Below are positions 30,514 through 32,000 of a stretch of DNA of 32,000 nucleotides, in pieces; the first letter of the stretch is position 1; the number at the start of each line of letters is the position of its first letter. The stretch lies in assembly GCF_003367075.2 (NCBI RefSeq), contig NZ_CP065936.1, positions 180,001 to 212,000 of the forward strand. Direction: 5' to 3'. Under the pieces are notes generated by a model. That model had not been told where the DNA came from and ran no database searches. It saw only the letters and a list, made by a program, of their open reading frames with translations. The translations under genes were made by a program, and so were the position numbers. This DNA comes from Cylindrospermopsis raciborskii Cr2010 (lineage in GTDB: Bacteria > Cyanobacteriota > Cyanobacteriia > Cyanobacteriales > Nostocaceae).

Positions 30514-31572
30514 CTAACTATCTCCAAAGTCCATGGTCTCAATAAACTCTAAAATATTCTGCTTCATGTCCTCAGCTTCATCTAGAATGGAACCTCGAAG
30601 GTCACCAGTAAAAAATGTTCGTTGACTGCTAACTATATACAGAAAATTGCCATTAGTGAATGTCAATAAGCCACGGTACGCATCTAGTCTTGTTGGGTTA
30701 CCATTGTTTTCCCTTTGGGAAATGCTTGAGCCTTTAGGCATGTCCACTAATACATAATAATAACTACTTAAAGTATCTTGGAGTAAGCTATCCTGTAGGT
30801 ACTCAGTATACTTAATTTCTGCGCCCGGGATATGTTTTAAAATAGCTTGAGGTAAATATCTTTCAATTAAAACAGAGTGGAGATATGTTTCTTGTCCTTG
30901 TTCCTCCATAGTTTCTAAATGTTCTTTAGTAAGGGGATAGTAATCAATTCTGATAAAAGTTCCCCCACTGTCAGAGAAACCAACCATTCCCTGTTGACTA
31001 ACAATTTTTCCTCCTCGTTCTGATGTTACAGGTACAACAACTCTGAAATTATTTGAAGGAGATTGGTATATTTCCTGTCCTAATTCATCTACTATGATTT
31101 CCGGTTGTTTTAATTCTTGTGGATCTTCTATTACTGCTATTACCTCTCTAATAACTTCCTCAGCTTCTATATCCTGCAATTCTAAGGCTTGTTGTAGTTG
31201 TTTGATGTATGACTGTTTTTCCTTGGGTATGGTCATACTCTCTTCTTCCAATAGCATTACTACACCAGCAGCAAACGCATCCAAAACTATATCACTTTTT
31301 AAACTTGTATTGGCAGTATTAAATAGGGAACCTAATCCTTCCTCCTGAGCAATAATTACTAGTCTATTGACCATTTCTAAGATTTCCTCTTGGGAGTACC
31401 CATCAAAAACCTGAAATTCTAGTAAGATATCCGCTAAACTTTCCGTGTCTATATCTTCTATAGTACAGTCAACAGCTGCACTAATAATTGCTATAGCTGC
31501 TACTGCTTCCTCTGAATTTAGGGATTCAGTTGTAAATGCTGAGGAATTAAATATTTTATCATACTTGGTCAT
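30514..31572 (-). CDS. conserved hypothetical protein with TerB-like N-terminal domain
   Basis: N-terminus SEEAVAAIAIISAAVDCTIEDIDTESLADILLEFQVFDGYSQEEILEMVNRLVIIAQEEG resembles the TerB helical domain; C-terminal beta-rich domain unassigned. Confidence 0.75.
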   Translation of the reverse strand: MTKYDKIFNSSAFTTESLNSEEAVAAIAIISAAVDCTIEDIDTESLADILLEFQVFDGYSQEEILEMVNRLVIIAQEEGLGSLFNTANTSLKSDIVLDAFAAGVVMLLEEESMTIPKEKQSYIKQLQQALELQDIEAEEVIREVIAVIEDPQELKQPEIIVDELGQEIYQSPSNNFRVVVPVTSERGGKIVSQQGMVGFSDSGGTFIRIDYYPLTKEHLETMEEQGQETYLHSVLIERYLPQAILKHIPGAEIKYTEYLQDSLLQDTLSSYYYVLVDMPKGSSISQRENNGNPTRLDAYRGLLTFTNGNFLYIVSSQRTFFTGDLRGSILDEAEDMKQNILEFIETMDFGDS

Positions 31573-31913
31573 AATGATAGATCACTCTTATTAATTGGTA
31601 ATATCCCGGTCAGAAAAAATTGACTTTTTATGCTCTCACCAGAAAATTCTGGATTTTCGATTTGACCTTGAACTGGTATATACCCAGAGAGTTATACTCC
31701 GGGTTATCCATAGAGCGCGGTAATAGATCATTAACACCCTGATTAAAATCTGCTATATTATCTCAAATTATGGTTAATTTTTCTCGGTTATCCCAGGGAA
31801 AAATTTATAGCTTTAGAGAGAGTGGGACGATAGCCAACAGCGCCTTATTATATCACAGTTATATCACAAAAAAGCTAAGTTAGGATTAAATTTAACTTAA
31901 CCATGAAAAAATA

Positions 31914-32000
31914 ATGACCAAAAGAACATTTCGTCTCAGTATACTAGGAATATTTATATTCGCCGTCGGTTTACGGTTTTGGGGATTGGCTAGATTTAAT
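31914..32000 (+). CDS. N-terminus of a membrane protein, possibly ArnT/PMT-type glycosyltransferase (runs off window end)
   Basis: ATG at 31914: MTKRTFRLSILGIFIFAVGLRFWGLARFN..., hydrophobic helix followed by LRFWGLARF, reminiscent of family 39 glycosyltransferase N-termini. Only 29 codons visible. Confidence 0.45.
   Translation, partial: MTKRTFRLSILGIFIFAVGLRFWGLARFN

Overview
This is a mostly ordinary chromosomal segment from a cyanobacterium, probably a filamentous Nostocales-type species. That placement rests on protein family resemblance and on frequent GCGATCGC (HIP1) octamers. Recognisable genes include a LysM-type cell-wall protein (partial), trmL, gshA, a very large UPF1-like SF1 helicase with a small overlapping partner gene, an SLH-domain protein, an alpha/beta hydrolase, uvrA, a metallophosphatase, a MalG-like permease, a GH57 enzyme, murA, tRNA-Leu(CAG), a SpoU/TrmH methyltransferase, a lipoprotein-type thermonuclease, an Mla-type ATPase plus MCE protein, clpC and a TerB-like protein. 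The clearest accessory island lies between uvrA and the metallophosphatase gene (about 14.2-16.6 kb). It holds an orphan cas2, a single CRISPR-repeat-like sequence, and a divergent IS605-type element with an apparently intact tnpB and a frameshifted tnpA. GGGTTGAGGAA(T/C)GAAACCCA-type small repeats lie on both sides of the island. The inferred end of the tnpB element abuts the repeat-like sequence, so the predicted TnpB omega-RNA guide would be that sequence. The second candidate is the helicase/partner pair at 3.3-8.5 kb. It has about 770 residues between Walker A and Walker B and a 23-nt gene overlap behind a strong Shine-Dalgarno. I found no complete, clearly novel system. Both candidates are inferences that need the tests listed.
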